DNA of 64,000 nucleotides, from positions 141,112,001-141,176,000 of the forward strand of contig OX597816.1 of assembly GCA_951406725.2 (NCBI GenBank), read 5' to 3'. Each line of letters opens with the position of its first letter. Positions within the stretch are counted from its first letter, which is position 1. Under the pieces are notes generated by a model. The model saw only the letters and a program-made list of their open reading frames with translations, was not told the origin of the DNA and made no database searches. Positions 62,368-64,000 of this stretch are shown here, piece after piece. Source of the stretch: Octopus vulgaris (lineage: Eukaryota). Both the position numbers and the translations under genes were made by a program.

Positions 62368-63223
62368 CAAGGTGTTCCAGAAATCTTGGGCACATTTCAA
62401 GTCCTCATATCTGCTAGACTATGATTGGTAGTAAGATGAAACTGGTACCATTTTAAAGCTATGATTTTTTCAGATTTTTTCAGATCCAGTAATGGCGTTC
62501 ACTCAACCAGAAAGGCGTTTTGCGTCCTCGAATTTGCAAAAACTGAATCATGGACACTTGTTCAACATGAATTTCACACAAACTTCCGAAAAGAGGCACC
62601 AGAAAGGGAGTCCATATTGAGATGGCATGGTAAATTCATGAAGGATGGGTGTTTGTGTCCAGCTAAGAGAACAGGATGCCCCTCAACTTAAGATGGTATG
62701 GTTGAGCGAGTTCGAACTGCTTTCGAGCAGAGTGCCCATAAATCAATCAGAAGAGCCAGTAGGGACTTCATTTTCCAACAGGATGGGGTGTCACCGCACT
62801 GGAGACTCAGGGTTAGACAGTATCTGAATACAACACTGCCAGACAGATGAATTGGACGGTCTGGGCAAGATGATCATGTTCTCATGCCCTGGCCTCCCAG
62901 GTTTCCAGATCTCACACCCTACGATTTCTTTTTGTGGGCGTTTGTGAAAGGACTGGTCTATGTGCCTCCCCTTCCAAAAGATATGGATGAACTCAAGGCC
63001 TGAATAACGAAAGCAGTTGCAACCATCGACAACGCAATGCTGGAACGCATTTAGCAAGAATTGGACTATCAGCTTGATGTGTGCCATGTGACCAATCTTT
63101 GAACATTCCATAAAAAAACTTGAAATTGCAGGCTTTCAGAATATATCAGATGCGTTTTTATGTCCTTAATAGTTTTCGAGATGTTCAATGTCAAAATGTG
63201 CCCAAGACTTCTGGAACACCCTG
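62368..63223 (+). mobile_element. Internally deleted Tc1/mariner (rosa/DD41D-like) transposon with TIRs
   Basis: TA-CAAGGTGTTCCAGAAATCTTGGGCACATTT...AAATGTGCCCAAGACTTCTGGAACACCCTG-TA; HTH KAFCVLEFAKTES..SIRRASR fused to FQQDG..WPPRFPDLTPYDFFLW. Confidence 0.9.
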
Positions 63224-63771
63224 TATAATATATTGTGTATCTAATTGTTTATCTCCACATCATTGGTGATACAATAGATCTATGATCAAATGAGTTCAAG
63301 GAATGACCATTTCATCTTTTATTCAGATATAATATATATCTCTTACCTCATTATTCAACAACATATCCTTTCTTTCATAGAAGTGGTATGAGGAAAATTT
63401 AACTGCTATTTTTAGTACATTAGGCCACCTCATGTTGTCTGTAAGAAATAGGCATTATGATGGGATTCTTTGTTCGTAAAATATCATTAAAATTGTGAAA
63501 CCACTCCTATGTAAATCCATTACATATATAGTCCGTGTGTGTGTGCGTGTATTTATATTTAGTCACCAGTTTACACATGTTTATTGTAAAGGCAATAAAC
63601 TCATCTCTTAGCTGTAATGCTAAGTAGCATGGGGCACCTATTTACAGTTCAATGTTGTAAGCAGTTGGGGAACTGTTTCATTGATGACCATGTTGTTGTT
63701 AACATAAAATACTGAGTTTTACTCCTGCTCAGAGAATAGCTTCAAACATTAGAGGCTCTGTGAGGTTGAAT

Positions 63772-63863
63772 AACCTCAGATACACTACATGCAAAAGTCT
63801 AAAATCGAAGCCATATCAACCTCAGATACACAACATGCAAAAGTCTAAAATCGAAGCCATATC
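63772..63863 (+). repeat. 46-bp tandem duplication
   Basis: AACCTCAGATACAC(T/A)ACATGCAAAAGTCTAAAATCGAAGCCATATC x2, one mismatch. Confidence 0.9.
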
Positions 63864-64000
63864 ATTTCACATGTGTACAGGAATTAAAAGTGGATGATAA
63901 AAACAACTGTATTTACACTATGCTACAGAACTTGGGGTACTTTTTCATGTGCCACCGTGTATATACCTTTATGTTTGCTTCAAGAACAACTACTCACATA

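Noticed and set aside
59464-64000. Further upstream RB1 exons
   Set aside because: No segment with convincing splice sites and RB-like translation was found; the region is mostly transposon remnants. A small exon could have been missed.

Overview
AT-rich, repeat-dense animal genomic DNA. It is very probably a coleoid cephalopod (Octopus-type tRNA/CORE-SINEs and RTE-tailed SINEs; inferred from recalled repeat families, not from a search). The dominant feature, almost invisible in the ORF track, is a minus-strand retinoblastoma-protein gene (RB1 orthologue). I traced 21 GT-AG coding exons from 59463 down to the TGA at 15986-15988. They give 2135 nt in one continuous frame (about 710 aa: end of the N-domain, pocket A, spacer, pocket B, C-terminus); the 5' exons lie beyond the window. 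Its introns hold a Naiad-type Penelope-like element, a 5'-truncated R4/Dong-type non-LTR element, degenerate RTE LINEs, a 1.1 kb LTR-gag-LTR element, a non-autonomous Helitron, two Tc1/mariner remnants, several MITEs and many SINEs. Positions 1-4800 are a nest of three LTR elements. The most notable points are: an apparent duplication of the RB C-terminal cyclin/PP1-docking exon; substitutions in the E2F-binding groove; two LTR elements with non-canonical primer-binding sites (one complementary to the 5' end of tRNA-Phe, one complementary to its own LTR polyA region); a 115-bp intronic fold-back with A-C mismatches on the pre-mRNA strand; and a repeat insertion splitting a GIY-YIG nuclease. 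No CRISPR array, rRNA or bona fide tRNA gene was seen.
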